Source: a virus. Taken from it: a stretch of 64,000 nucleotides of DNA. Location: the IMG/VR virus record IMGVR_UViG_3300027956_000006; one strand, given 5' to 3'. This document shows, piece by piece, positions 10,329 through 19,785 of this stretch (the stretch's first letter is position 1; every line of letters starts with the position of its first letter). The notes beneath the pieces are model-generated. The model saw only the letters and a list, made by a program, of their open reading frames with translations, was not told the DNA's origin and did no database searches. Position numbers and translations under genes: made by a program.

Positions 10329-11305
10329 AATTTAAAATCAGTTTTAATAATCTCAGCTTTTTTTAACATCATATGGGCTCTATCAAGATATGTATGTTTA
10401 GAACGCACTTCTATAAAAGCATTACGTCTTATACGCTCAACAAGGTCTTTGTTTCTTCTACAAAGCATAATTTTATCATACAAGTCATTTACATTTAGTG
10501 CGGTTCGCCCATCATCTAATTTATCTGTTTTAACAGATAAGTAATGAACACCTTCAGTAAATAATTGTTCCATTAAAAAGAATTTATCGCTTAACACAAT
10601 ACACCCCATAGACATCGCTTCAAAAACACGCCATTTAATATATTCTTGACCATTAGAGCATGCATAAGTAGTTAAAGACTTATTATGTATAATAGCATAT
10701 TCATCAATTCCTACATTACCAAATTTAATACGTAACCCCTTATCTTGCAACGCATTACATATACGAGGTCTTGGGTCATACATCATTGCTAATAAAGCGA
10801 AATCAAATTCCCTCTCATAATCAAATAATGGATGTATAGCGGGTAAACAAGCACCAGGTAACCATGTAAAACCTTGATATATTGCTTTTCTTGGTTCTGC
10901 ATGAACTCCAAATGGTTGCCCTGTAAAAGCTGCGGTTGGTTTAAACTCTTCGATACGTTTTAAATTAGCTTCCCACCCCTCATGTTCAATTAATAAAAAA
11001 GGTATTCTGTTTTCTGTTTTTTCTATTTTAAAATCCCACCAATCATTTAATATTAATACATCAGGAGTAAAACCATTTTTCACTGCAGTATCTACAACAT
11101 TAGTTAAATCAATTGGGTCATGTTTAGGAACATCCATAATAACTTTTGGTAAATCTTTTTCTTGCCATGTTATCCCATAATGATTTGTAACAACAGTACC
11201 AGCCAATTTAACATTACATCCAATATATCTGAATCCTTCAGCCAACCACCTTTGTATATTAGCTGGATACCATTCAGCTAAAAATAAAATATTTAATTTT
11301 TTCAT
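10325..11305 (-). CDS. Glycosyltransferase, CgeB/Glyco_trans_1_2-like
   Basis: RVFEAMSMGCIVLSD, FTEGVHY, HTYLDRA. Confidence 0.85.
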   Translation of the reverse strand: MKKLNILFLAEWYPANIQRWLAEGFRYIGCNVKLAGTVVTNHYGITWQEKDLPKVIMDVPKHDPIDLTNVVDTAVKNGFTPDVLILNDWWDFKIEKTENRIPFLLIEHEGWEANLKRIEEFKPTAAFTGQPFGVHAEPRKAIYQGFTWLPGACLPAIHPLFDYEREFDFALLAMMYDPRPRICNALQDKGLRIKFGNVGIDEYAIIHNKSLTTYACSNGQEYIKWRVFEAMSMGCIVLSDKFFLMEQLFTEGVHYLSVKTDKLDDGRTALNVNDLYDKIMLCRRNKDLVERIRRNAFIEVRSKHTYLDRAHMMLKKAEIIKTDFKF

Positions 11306-12324
11306 ATTTTATCCCTAATAATATCAATAAAATATGCTGCTTGTGCAAAATTAGTATGGTATTTGAAAGTATGCTGTCTACATGCTTCTGCTATTTGTTT
11401 ACGTTCTTGTTCATGTGATAAATAATAATCTATTTTTTCACGTAAATCATAAATATCATTAAAATAAACACAATGCACTTTATCAATATATGGATTAGGA
11501 ATTATAATCCCTGGATCTTTAATTAACATTAATGTCTCAAAAGATGCTGCTTCCCAATACCGTACTGTATCTCTACCATGTCCACGGACAATTATATTTA
11601 TTTTAGCTGATGCCATAGTTTTTAAGTAATCAATATACCCCTTTAATGGAGGAATATGGAATCTCTTTTCATCTTGCCATGGTAATGCACCAGTATCAAT
11701 TCCAATATATGAATTGTTTAAATTCTGCTCTAAAAGAAACTTGATCACTCTTTCACGCAACGGATGTGTATTACCAAATAAAGCAAAAACATCAAGTGTT
11801 TTATCTAGCTTGCATAAATCCTCATAAATATCTAAATGTGGAACACATGCAGAAAATGGTAATGGATAAATATTATCAATTTGACGTATCAATTCACGTT
11901 TAAATATAAATTGTGGTTTATATTCTTCTATAATATCGGTACAGATATTATCACCATCTTCAAAATCACAAAATGCTAATGGTTTAGGTGATTTACCGCC
12001 ATATAATTTCTTAATAAATTCCATTGCGTGTAACGGATAATGACGTGGCGATGTTAGAACTATCAAATCTATATGTTGCATTTCTTCTACTATTTCTTCA
12101 AATGGATATAAACGTATTTTACGTGATTTAACATATGCAGCTGGTGCTGTCATACCTCTTTTATTTTCGTTATGCAACATATACGACATATCCATAAATC
12201 CCATATAACTTAATTTAAATGGGTATAATATAATATTATCTTCACCTAATAATTCACACAGACCATTATATAAGAAATATTCACCATAATCTTGCTCTGG
12301 ATTCAAAAGAAATAAAATTTTCAT
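11302..12324 (-). CDS. Glycosyltransferase, CgeB/Glyco_trans_1_2-like
   Basis: GRDTVRYWEA, DLREKIDYYLSHEQERKQIA, HT. Confidence 0.85.
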   Translation of the reverse strand: MKILFLLNPEQDYGEYFLYNGLCELLGEDNIILYPFKLSYMGFMDMSYMLHNENKRGMTAPAAYVKSRKIRLYPFEEIVEEMQHIDLIVLTSPRHYPLHAMEFIKKLYGGKSPKPLAFCDFEDGDNICTDIIEEYKPQFIFKRELIRQIDNIYPLPFSACVPHLDIYEDLCKLDKTLDVFALFGNTHPLRERVIKFLLEQNLNNSYIGIDTGALPWQDEKRFHIPPLKGYIDYLKTMASAKINIIVRGHGRDTVRYWEAASFETLMLIKDPGIIIPNPYIDKVHCVYFNDIYDLREKIDYYLSHEQERKQIAEACRQHTFKYHTNFAQAAYFIDIIRDKI

Positions 12325-12935
12325 ATTCGTCTCCCTACATAATTTAAAGAAAAAAAGTTATGCAAATCATTAAAAACTTCTGTTTTTATAAGATCGGTAT
12401 TTAATTTAATTATATTTTGTTCAAAATCTTCTGGTGTATAAAAATTCTTATGTGTAGGGTCCCATTTACCTTTTTCATATCTAGCATCGGGCATTAATAA
12501 TATCATAATACCATCCTTACACAATAACTTACACCATTGTCTAAAAACTATAATTGGATTACAAACATGTTCCAAAATATGGCTCATTACAATAAAAGAA
12601 AATGTGTTTTTGTTAAATAATTTATAACTTTGTTCAGCTAAACCTGTTATTTGTGGTGAATATCTACCACCATATATAGGGTGTTGTTCACCACAATAAT
12701 CATTTACACCAATACAAGCTAAATGAGGGTCCTGTCCACACCCAATATCTAACCCAACACCATAATGTTCACGTAATTGTTTTAAAATCCAATATAAAAT
12801 AAACGCTTCTTGCTGCATACCAACAAGATTGTCTATCAAAGAAAAATCAAGTCTGTGCGGTTGCTTGCAATTAAAATATTCAAAATTTGGAAAAAATTCT
12901 AATAGATCATCTCTGACATGTATATCAAGATTCAT
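12321..12935 (-). CDS. SAM-dependent methyltransferase
   Basis: GLDIGCG, SHILEH, MPD, DPTH. Confidence 0.88.
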   Translation of the reverse strand: MNLDIHVRDDLLEFFPNFEYFNCKQPHRLDFSLIDNLVGMQQEAFILYWILKQLREHYGVGLDIGCGQDPHLACIGVNDYCGEQHPIYGGRYSPQITGLAEQSYKLFNKNTFSFIVMSHILEHVCNPIIVFRQWCKLLCKDGIMILLMPDARYEKGKWDPTHKNFYTPEDFEQNIIKLNTDLIKTEVFNDLHNFFSLNYVGRRI

Positions 12936-12938
12936 ATT

Positions 12939-13871
12939 TTATATCTCACAAATACATTCTTTTAAATTTTTATCTAGATATTTCATCTGAAGCTTAGGTA
13001 ATATATCAACTAATCTATGATGCACCTCAACTTGTGGAATATCGTAATAATCTTTACATCCCCACTTTTTTGCAAAATAAACTCGTGAATAATCCATACG
13101 ATATACTTTACCTGGTATTGGTTCTATTCTAGACATATCATATTTCTTGCTCATAATTTCACGATATTCTTCCATTGAACAAATTTTATCATCCGGGGAC
13201 ATAATATTTAATTCAAAATTATTAGCAAATGTTTGTGAACCCCAATGCTCAATTGGTGGATAAGGAAGCATCACTGAATAATATCCTAATTTAGCAATCT
13301 GAAATCCATAATCAGTTTCCTCGTAAAAACTCTTAATATTTTCATCAAACCCACCAATTTCATCAAAAATTTTACGTTTAAAAGCAAAACAACATCCAAC
13401 AACCGCTCCTACGCGGCCAGGTAAAGTATCATAATTAGGTAAACTATAATTTTTATTTGGTAGACCAGATAAAGGATCTATTTGTATTAATGGATACCCA
13501 ACTGCGGCAACTTTTTCATTATTTTGTAATGCATAAACTATACATTTCAACCAATTATCATTACAAATACATATATCATCATTAAATAAAATAGATATAT
13601 CAGTATCGAAATGTCTCGTTAAATCATTCCATGATTTAGGAATACCACAATTATTTGTATGTTGAATAAAATCAACTTTAAAGCGTTTTGCTAATTCTTC
13701 TACACCCAAACGCATTTCTTGATTAGGTGTGCCATCATCTAAAATAACTGTTCGATATGAATAATTAAAGTCTTGATGAAAATATAATGAGGTTAATAGT
13801 CTTTCTAATCTTACTGTAGAATTATATGTAGGTGCACCAATTCCAATCTTAATATTATTCTCCATTTTCAT
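12939..13871 (-). CDS. Glycosyltransferase family 2
   Basis: APTYN, ILDDGT, FNDD, IGGFDE, EETD. Confidence 0.9.
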   Translation of the reverse strand: MKMENNIKIGIGAPTYNSTVRLERLLTSLYFHQDFNYSYRTVILDDGTPNQEMRLGVEELAKRFKVDFIQHTNNCGIPKSWNDLTRHFDTDISILFNDDICICNDNWLKCIVYALQNNEKVAAVGYPLIQIDPLSGLPNKNYSLPNYDTLPGRVGAVVGCCFAFKRKIFDEIGGFDENIKSFYEETDYGFQIAKLGYYSVMLPYPPIEHWGSQTFANNFELNIMSPDDKICSMEEYREIMSKKYDMSRIEPIPGKVYRMDYSRVYFAKKWGCKDYYDIPQVEVHHRLVDILPKLQMKYLDKNLKECICEI

Positions 13872-13874
13872 CCT

Positions 13875-16169
13875 TTATTTTGCATACAAATCTAAATGTT
13901 TTTGAGCTATTTTACCCCAATTATTTAATTCTATATATCGATTTGCTGCAGTAACTAATGTATGTTGTAGAGAAACATCACCAAATACCTTAAGAATTGT
14001 TTTTGCTATTACTTCTGGATTTATAGAATTAAACTTTAAAACTTCATTATTTAAATCTAAAAATGCTAATGAATCATTAACAATAATCGGGCGTTGTGTT
14101 CTAAATAATGTTTTCACAGCTGCAGAAATACCACCACCAGTCGGAGCATCATGATAATTTAAAACAAATAAATCAGCACATTGTAAAACAGCAAGCAATT
14201 TATCCTCTGGTAAATATTCTCTAATTAATAAAACATTATTTTGTAGATCATGTCTTTCAATAAAATTGAAGAATGATGCATCATATGCTTGGCTACCAAA
14301 TTCATGTTTAGGGCAAATTAATAACGCTAAAACATCATTATACTGCTCTTTTAATAATTTAACCGCTAATAAATAATCATGAAAACCTTTTTGATCTCTT
14401 AAAAAACCAAATGATCCAATAATTGGTGTATTATGGCTTATATTAAGATTCTTTTTAGTTAGATCTACATTCTCCTGTTTTAAAATTGCTAAATCACTTA
14501 CTCCCATAGCAATAACATCTATATCGCAAATATTAGGTAAAAACCCTTTTGTTTCAGAAGAACGTTCTACTAATTTATCTTTAAATTGTTGACAATGTAC
14601 AATTAAATTATCAGCGCGTGATAATAATAACTCATTATATGAAGATAATCCTGGGACTAAACTATGTAAAGTAATAACAACTTTAACATTTAAAGTATGT
14701 AGTTGATCTAATAAAATTCTTAATTGTTCTTTATCTTTAAAAAATGAAAATTCATGTTGTATATGAATTACATTATAATTACCTTCTTTTATTATTTTAG
14801 GTAATTCTTGATACTCATATGATGAGTATACTACAACATGTTGCCCTAATTTACGTATTGCATCAAATAGATATTTTGTATATTCTGCAATACCACAATG
14901 AGTTCCCCAACTAGGTATGACAATTAAAGGATTAATTTCTTTAATTTTAACATGTTCTTTAATAAAATTAAAGTTCTTTTTTGTCATTACTTTATTTATC
15001 CTTTGCATTAAAGCAGAACTTGTCTCATCCCAAGTTAATTGATCTGTGAATTTTTGCGATTTTGTACTAATTTCTTTCCGTAAAGTATGCTGATTCTTGA
15101 AATCATTGTATAAAACATTTAATTTCTCTACTAAATCACTCTGCGATGCTATCGCTCTTTTAATACCATTAAATCCATATAGATATCCTGATGTTTTTAA
15201 TAAAAACCCGCCACCTTGATTAATTAATTCTGTTGTAGCGGCATAATCAGTAGTTAAAACAGGTGTTCCAACAGCCATAGCTTCTAAGGTAGGCAATGAT
15301 AAACCTTCACCTATGCTTGTATTAACACTTGCAGAAGCCAAATTATATATTAAATTCAGTTGTTGATCTGACATTCCTTTTAAAGGGCCCGCTTCTTTAG
15401 TAATAGCAACTTTTTTTCTTAAATCAAAATATTTTACAAAATCCCATAAATCAAAACCAAAAGGATCTGCTGGATCAGTTACAAGTAATAAAAATACATC
15501 ATCTTTATCAATAGCAAAATCTTTAAAAGCCTCTATCGTTAAAGGTATATTTTTTCTATCAGTATTTTGATTAATATTTAGTACTAAAAATGTATCTTTT
15601 AAATTAAATGGAAGTGTATTCTCTTTTATAATTGGAGCTGAAGGGAAAAAAATAGTTTTATCAACTCCTGGATAAATAACATTTGTTTGAATATCGGCAT
15701 ACTTATATATTTCCTGTTTTGCAAAGTATGAAAATACATTAATATCATCTGCTGAATTTAATATAGAATGCCAACTAGGGTGTAAATGCTCCCCATCAAC
15801 AGTAAGCCATAAAACCCATTTAGTATTTGGAAAAGATTCCTTATGTACATTTATAACATGTTGTATATGTTCAAAATTCCAAAGATCTCCTATAGAAAGA
15901 ATTATATCAGGCTGTGCATCAGCTAAAATATGAGAGAATTGTTCCGCTTCTTTACTAGAAGATTTTTCTAAAGGGTATAAAAAATAAGGTAAATCGTGTT
16001 TAGTATTACGATAATGCCATGCAGCATATACTACATCATATATTTTTATATTATTATTCGTTTTGGCATCAAATGTAGTATATTCAACTAAACGTTTTGC
16101 TATTTCCTTACCACAACGAGCTAATCCTGAATATAACAATGGCGAGTCAGTGTGTAGCAGTATTTTCAT
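13875..16169 (-). CDS. Tandem two-domain GT-B (family 4-like) glycosyltransferase
   Basis: Domain 1: RKN, EGLSLPTLEAMAVGTP; domain 2: CGIAEY, IQHEF, FGFLRDQKG. Confidence 0.9.
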   Translation of the reverse strand: MKILLHTDSPLLYSGLARCGKEIAKRLVEYTTFDAKTNNNIKIYDVVYAAWHYRNTKHDLPYFLYPLEKSSSKEAEQFSHILADAQPDIILSIGDLWNFEHIQHVINVHKESFPNTKWVLWLTVDGEHLHPSWHSILNSADDINVFSYFAKQEIYKYADIQTNVIYPGVDKTIFFPSAPIIKENTLPFNLKDTFLVLNINQNTDRKNIPLTIEAFKDFAIDKDDVFLLLVTDPADPFGFDLWDFVKYFDLRKKVAITKEAGPLKGMSDQQLNLIYNLASASVNTSIGEGLSLPTLEAMAVGTPVLTTDYAATTELINQGGGFLLKTSGYLYGFNGIKRAIASQSDLVEKLNVLYNDFKNQHTLRKEISTKSQKFTDQLTWDETSSALMQRINKVMTKKNFNFIKEHVKIKEINPLIVIPSWGTHCGIAEYTKYLFDAIRKLGQHVVVYSSYEYQELPKIIKEGNYNVIHIQHEFSFFKDKEQLRILLDQLHTLNVKVVITLHSLVPGLSSYNELLLSRADNLIVHCQQFKDKLVERSSETKGFLPNICDIDVIAMGVSDLAILKQENVDLTKKNLNISHNTPIIGSFGFLRDQKGFHDYLLAVKLLKEQYNDVLALLICPKHEFGSQAYDASFFNFIERHDLQNNVLLIREYLPEDKLLAVLQCADLFVLNYHDAPTGGGISAAVKTLFRTQRPIIVNDSLAFLDLNNEVLKFNSINPEVIAKTILKVFGDVSLQHTLVTAANRYIELNNWGKIAQKHLDLYAK

Positions 16170-16209
16170 ATCCCATATCCTTTCTATTAATCAATCAAAA
16201 AATAACTAT

Positions 16210-16587
16210 CTATAACTCTCCACCCATTTTTAATTCTATTAATTCAAGAATAGGTTCACCTAATTTTAATTTATCAACCTTAGAAAAAATTCGTGAAAGC
16301 GTTTCTTTGGAATAACTGCCATTTTTTATTTCGTTCATAACCATAGCTTTTGAACGACGTAATAAATTATCAATCTGGTCATCAGTTAAATCCATTAACT
16401 TCTTATAACGAACTAATTCACCATCAGCAGAAACCTCAGAAATACGTTCTTCCATTAATAAACGAGTTCTTTCATTTGGGTCTAATTCTGGACATCCCTC
16501 ACCAGGGCCAAGTCTTACCCCTGTTTTTGATTTTCCATCTTTACCACGATAATCAAAACTCTGTATAATTTTATATTTTTTTGACAT
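16210..16587 (-). CDS. Hypothetical protein after major capsid (possible head-completion/virion protein)
   Basis: Start reassigned to MSKKYK (ATG 16587) because of GGAGGA RBS; function from position only. Confidence 0.6.
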   Translation of the reverse strand: MSKKYKIIQSFDYRGKDGKSKTGVRLGPGEGCPELDPNERTRLLMEERISEVSADGELVRYKKLMDLTDDQIDNLLRRSKAMVMNEIKNGSYSKETLSRIFSKVDKLKLGEPILELIELKMGGEL

Positions 16588-16609
16588 TTTAATCCTCCAT
16601 ATTAATAAA

Positions 16610-16642
16610 GATAGGGCAATACATACTATGCATTGCCCTATC
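16610..16642 (-). terminator. Probable intrinsic terminator after the major capsid gene
   Basis: 11-bp inverted repeat GATAGGGCAAT/ATTGCCCTATC followed by TTTATT on the minus strand. Confidence 0.65.
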
Positions 16643-16695
16643 AATTTGTTCTATATAAAATAAGCTTATCATTTTCATATTTAGAATACTACCTT

Positions 16696-17715
16696 TTAGT
16701 CAGCTTGTATTACATTAGTTGTAACTGTAGGATTAGTGTAATCACCAGTAGTTAACTGATATACAACACCCGCTCCTCTTAATACTACTAACGCTTCTAA
16801 CCAATGGATATAGTCTGCATCAATCATAGGATATTTAGGATCATAACTTCCAGGAGTTAAAATTAAACCCTTAGCAGAAGGATTTTTTTTCTGAATATAA
16901 CGTACAGGTTTATCAGCTCCAGTTGCTTGTGTTCCTAAAATTATTAAATAATCGGTTGGCATCCATTCTGTTTCTTTCCAATCGATACCTAATAATCTTC
17001 CAGCGAAACCTTCAACATTAACATTATCGACTATTTTACCAGGAAGAGTTGTGGTACCTGCAGCAGCGCCATAGAAACCAGCAATATCTTCGATATTTTT
17101 AGTCATATCAGCATTCATGAAACCCCAAAGTTGCCCCTTAAACCCGTGCTCTTTTAAATGCAATTTCATAGCTGTTAGTGTTGCTAACGTAATTGTTGCA
17201 GATCCAGCAGAAACATAATGCGTATGACTTCCAGCGAATTCATTAGCACCATAAGTTGGTGGTGCTGACATTTTCTCATTTGCAGAGAAAGAACCATCGA
17301 AAAACCCACCAGTTGTTAATAATTCGTCTAAAATCACAGCAGTTTGTAACGCACGATCTCTTTCGATTGCTTTACGAGCTAAACCTTCAATTTCAGCAGC
17401 ACTTGAAGAATCGCTCATCAACCAATCATATGTATAACCGATATCAAGACCATACTTTGCACAGTCTTTTTGCATCTTACCCCAAACTTTCTTCTTCGAA
17501 GAAGGTTTTTCAGATTCAGCTAACTTCTGAAATTTCCATTGTCCCGAAGCGTCAAATTTGATGTAACTTTCATCCCAATCTGAGCAAAGAAGTGCCCTTA
17601 AATCTAATACTTCTTCAAGATTGTATAAATCTACAATTGGAAGAACAGTATTATATAGGACTTCATTTAAGTCTATACCATCAGTTGTTGTAAAACCACG
17701 TGTAATATCACCCAT
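16696..17715 (-). CDS. Major capsid protein (probable HK97 fold)
   Basis: 339 aa after protease/scaffold and decoration gene; GGAGGTG RBS; LAESEKP, GRLLGI capsid-like segments. Confidence 0.8.
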   Translation of the reverse strand: MGDITRGFTTTDGIDLNEVLYNTVLPIVDLYNLEEVLDLRALLCSDWDESYIKFDASGQWKFQKLAESEKPSSKKKVWGKMQKDCAKYGLDIGYTYDWLMSDSSSAAEIEGLARKAIERDRALQTAVILDELLTTGGFFDGSFSANEKMSAPPTYGANEFAGSHTHYVSAGSATITLATLTAMKLHLKEHGFKGQLWGFMNADMTKNIEDIAGFYGAAAGTTTLPGKIVDNVNVEGFAGRLLGIDWKETEWMPTDYLIILGTQATGADKPVRYIQKKNPSAKGLILTPGSYDPKYPMIDADYIHWLEALVVLRGAGVVYQLTTGDYTNPTVTTNVIQAD

Positions 17716-17744
17716 TTTACTTTGTCACCTCCTTTATATATATT

Positions 17745-18134
17745 TTATGCACCTAATTGCATGTCTAGATCAACAAATACTTCATAAGCACCTACAGCAA
17801 ATCCAACTTTCTGTGTACCAGTAATTGCATATTTGCCGTCTTCGCCAAGATATACTGTTTGACCAGGACTCATTGTTAAATAACTTACATTAGTTACCTT
17901 ACCTACTCTATCAATACGCACTTTTTGTGCCGTTCCAGCTACTTTTGTTCCAGCACCAGATGTTAACGCAAAACCATGTGCCCAACGACTATCACCATGA
18001 TCTGCTAAACGTCCAGTCAATTTACCACTTGAGACACCTGCCCCGGAATACAAATTCAATAACGTACCAGGACCAACAGATACTCCAGCGGCTAAATCAA
18101 CACCTATATGTGTTTGTAATAAAGATACATCCAT
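17745..18134 (-). CDS. Capsid decoration/cement protein
   Basis: Small Gly/Ala-rich beta protein between scaffold and capsid; PGQTVYLGEDG...QKVGFA. Confidence 0.7.
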   Translation of the reverse strand: MDVSLLQTHIGVDLAAGVSVGPGTLLNLYSGAGVSSGKLTGRLADHGDSRWAHGFALTSGAGTKVAGTAQKVRIDRVGKVTNVSYLTMSPGQTVYLGEDGKYAITGTQKVGFAVGAYEVFVDLDMQLGA

Positions 18135-18151
18135 TTAATGTCACCTCCTCC

Positions 18152-19771
18152 TTATACGATTCTTGTTTTAATGCCACCTTTTCTTAATAATTCTTTTCTA
18201 CGTTCTTCGGTAAGACCCTTTTTAATAACACTAACGTGTTCACCACCAATTCTTAATTCATCATTATTCAATTTTTTCACAACTAAAGCTTCTGTCTCTT
18301 CTGGTGTTAATGCAATACCAGAAATAGATTTCTTTAAGATAGATTTAATTGCAATAGCATCATTTGCATCGTATTCATTTTTCATGTTATCCCAACGTTT
18401 TTCTACTTCTTTATCAGCATTTAAATTAGCAATTTGTTTTTCTAAGTCACTAATTTTAGCTTGGTTATCAGCAAGGCTTTTCACCATAATTTCAATTTCT
18501 TCTTGCGTATATAACTCACCAGTAGATTTTTTAGGTCCAACATTACTTTTTGTAATAGAATCAGGATAAGGGAATTTATCTGCTTGTGTTTTTCTAATTT
18601 CTTCAGACAAATCAACAATTTCCTTCATCTCAACATCAGTCATCTCATTCAAACCTTTAAGCACCTTTTTTTGCTTTTCAACATCTAAAGCTGCTTGTAG
18701 ATCTGCAATCGATTTTTCTAAAAGATCAACACTTTCTTGTGTTAACTCTTCACCTGATTTTTTCTTTAATTTCATAGGCATGTTTTCCTTACCTTCCTTA
18801 CCATTAACAGGTTTACATGCTTTTTCAATCTCAACCTTTAGTGTTTCAAGAAGAGTTTTATCTTCATCCGCGACTAACCGTTTAGATATCTGTTCAATTA
18901 AGTCTGTTATAGTTTTCATAGTTTCTTTTCCAGACACGCTTTGTTCAACGTGTTCTTTTGGAATTTCACCTCCTCCTAGTTCAAACTGTTGTAATGATTT
19001 TGTAATATACCATCGTAATGCACGTGCTTCAGGATTAGCTGGAAGTGCAACTAGGGACGCTTCAATTAAATATAATTCATTAATGACATTTACCACCTTA
19101 CCAATATCTTTAATAAATTTTTTAATTGCATTAATTACCCTACCTCTAATACTGAATTTATTTATTACCCCTTCTTTTACTTTTTGCCAAGTGTCAGGCA
19201 CCGTTTTACTAATTAAGACTTTCACCCATAACCCTTCTTTAGTAGCTTTAACATCTTCTATTTTACCAATAGGTTGTTCTGGGTCATGATTATATAAAAC
19301 TGTTGAATTATTTAATAAATCATCCTCTGCGTTTTTAAATGCATCTTCTGTAATTAAGTCACCAGTTAAATCTAATTCAGTACTACCAGCATAACCCTCA
19401 ATATACCACTTTTCAGAATCCTCATATGTTTTTGTAATTTCAAAAGGACATTCAAATGGTACATCTAAAGATTTTTTTGTAGTTTCTGCAACATTAACCC
19501 CAACTTTTTTTGCAGCTGAAACTAACTTTCTGCGTGCTGTTACCTTAGCTTCGTCAGAAATATCAGTTATAGGTAATCTAGCTAATGCATTACGTACATG
19601 ATCAGCATCAATTTTATTATCTTTATCTTTATATGGTAAATGACGTAACGATCTAGGTACTGTCTTATTATCTTTATCTTTAGTACCACCAGATTCAATA
19701 TATGCAAAAGATGCATCCGGTAAATCATTTATATATGCTGCTGTCCAAATAGCCTTTTCTACTTCTGCCAT
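18152..19771 (-). CDS. HK97-type prohead protease fused to an N-terminal extra domain and a C-terminal scaffold
   Basis: IEGYAG, DLTGD, LYNHD, PIGK, FSIRG, EASLVALPANPEA; charged helical C-terminus. Confidence 0.9.
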   Translation of the reverse strand: MAEVEKAIWTAAYINDLPDASFAYIESGGTKDKDNKTVPRSLRHLPYKDKDNKIDADHVRNALARLPITDISDEAKVTARRKLVSAAKKVGVNVAETTKKSLDVPFECPFEITKTYEDSEKWYIEGYAGSTELDLTGDLITEDAFKNAEDDLLNNSTVLYNHDPEQPIGKIEDVKATKEGLWVKVLISKTVPDTWQKVKEGVINKFSIRGRVINAIKKFIKDIGKVVNVINELYLIEASLVALPANPEARALRWYITKSLQQFELGGGEIPKEHVEQSVSGKETMKTITDLIEQISKRLVADEDKTLLETLKVEIEKACKPVNGKEGKENMPMKLKKKSGEELTQESVDLLEKSIADLQAALDVEKQKKVLKGLNEMTDVEMKEIVDLSEEIRKTQADKFPYPDSITKSNVGPKKSTGELYTQEEIEIMVKSLADNQAKISDLEKQIANLNADKEVEKRWDNMKNEYDANDAIAIKSILKKSISGIALTPEETEALVVKKLNNDELRIGGEHVSVIKKGLTEERRKELLRKGGIKTRIV

Positions 19772-19785
19772 TTATTAACCTCCTA

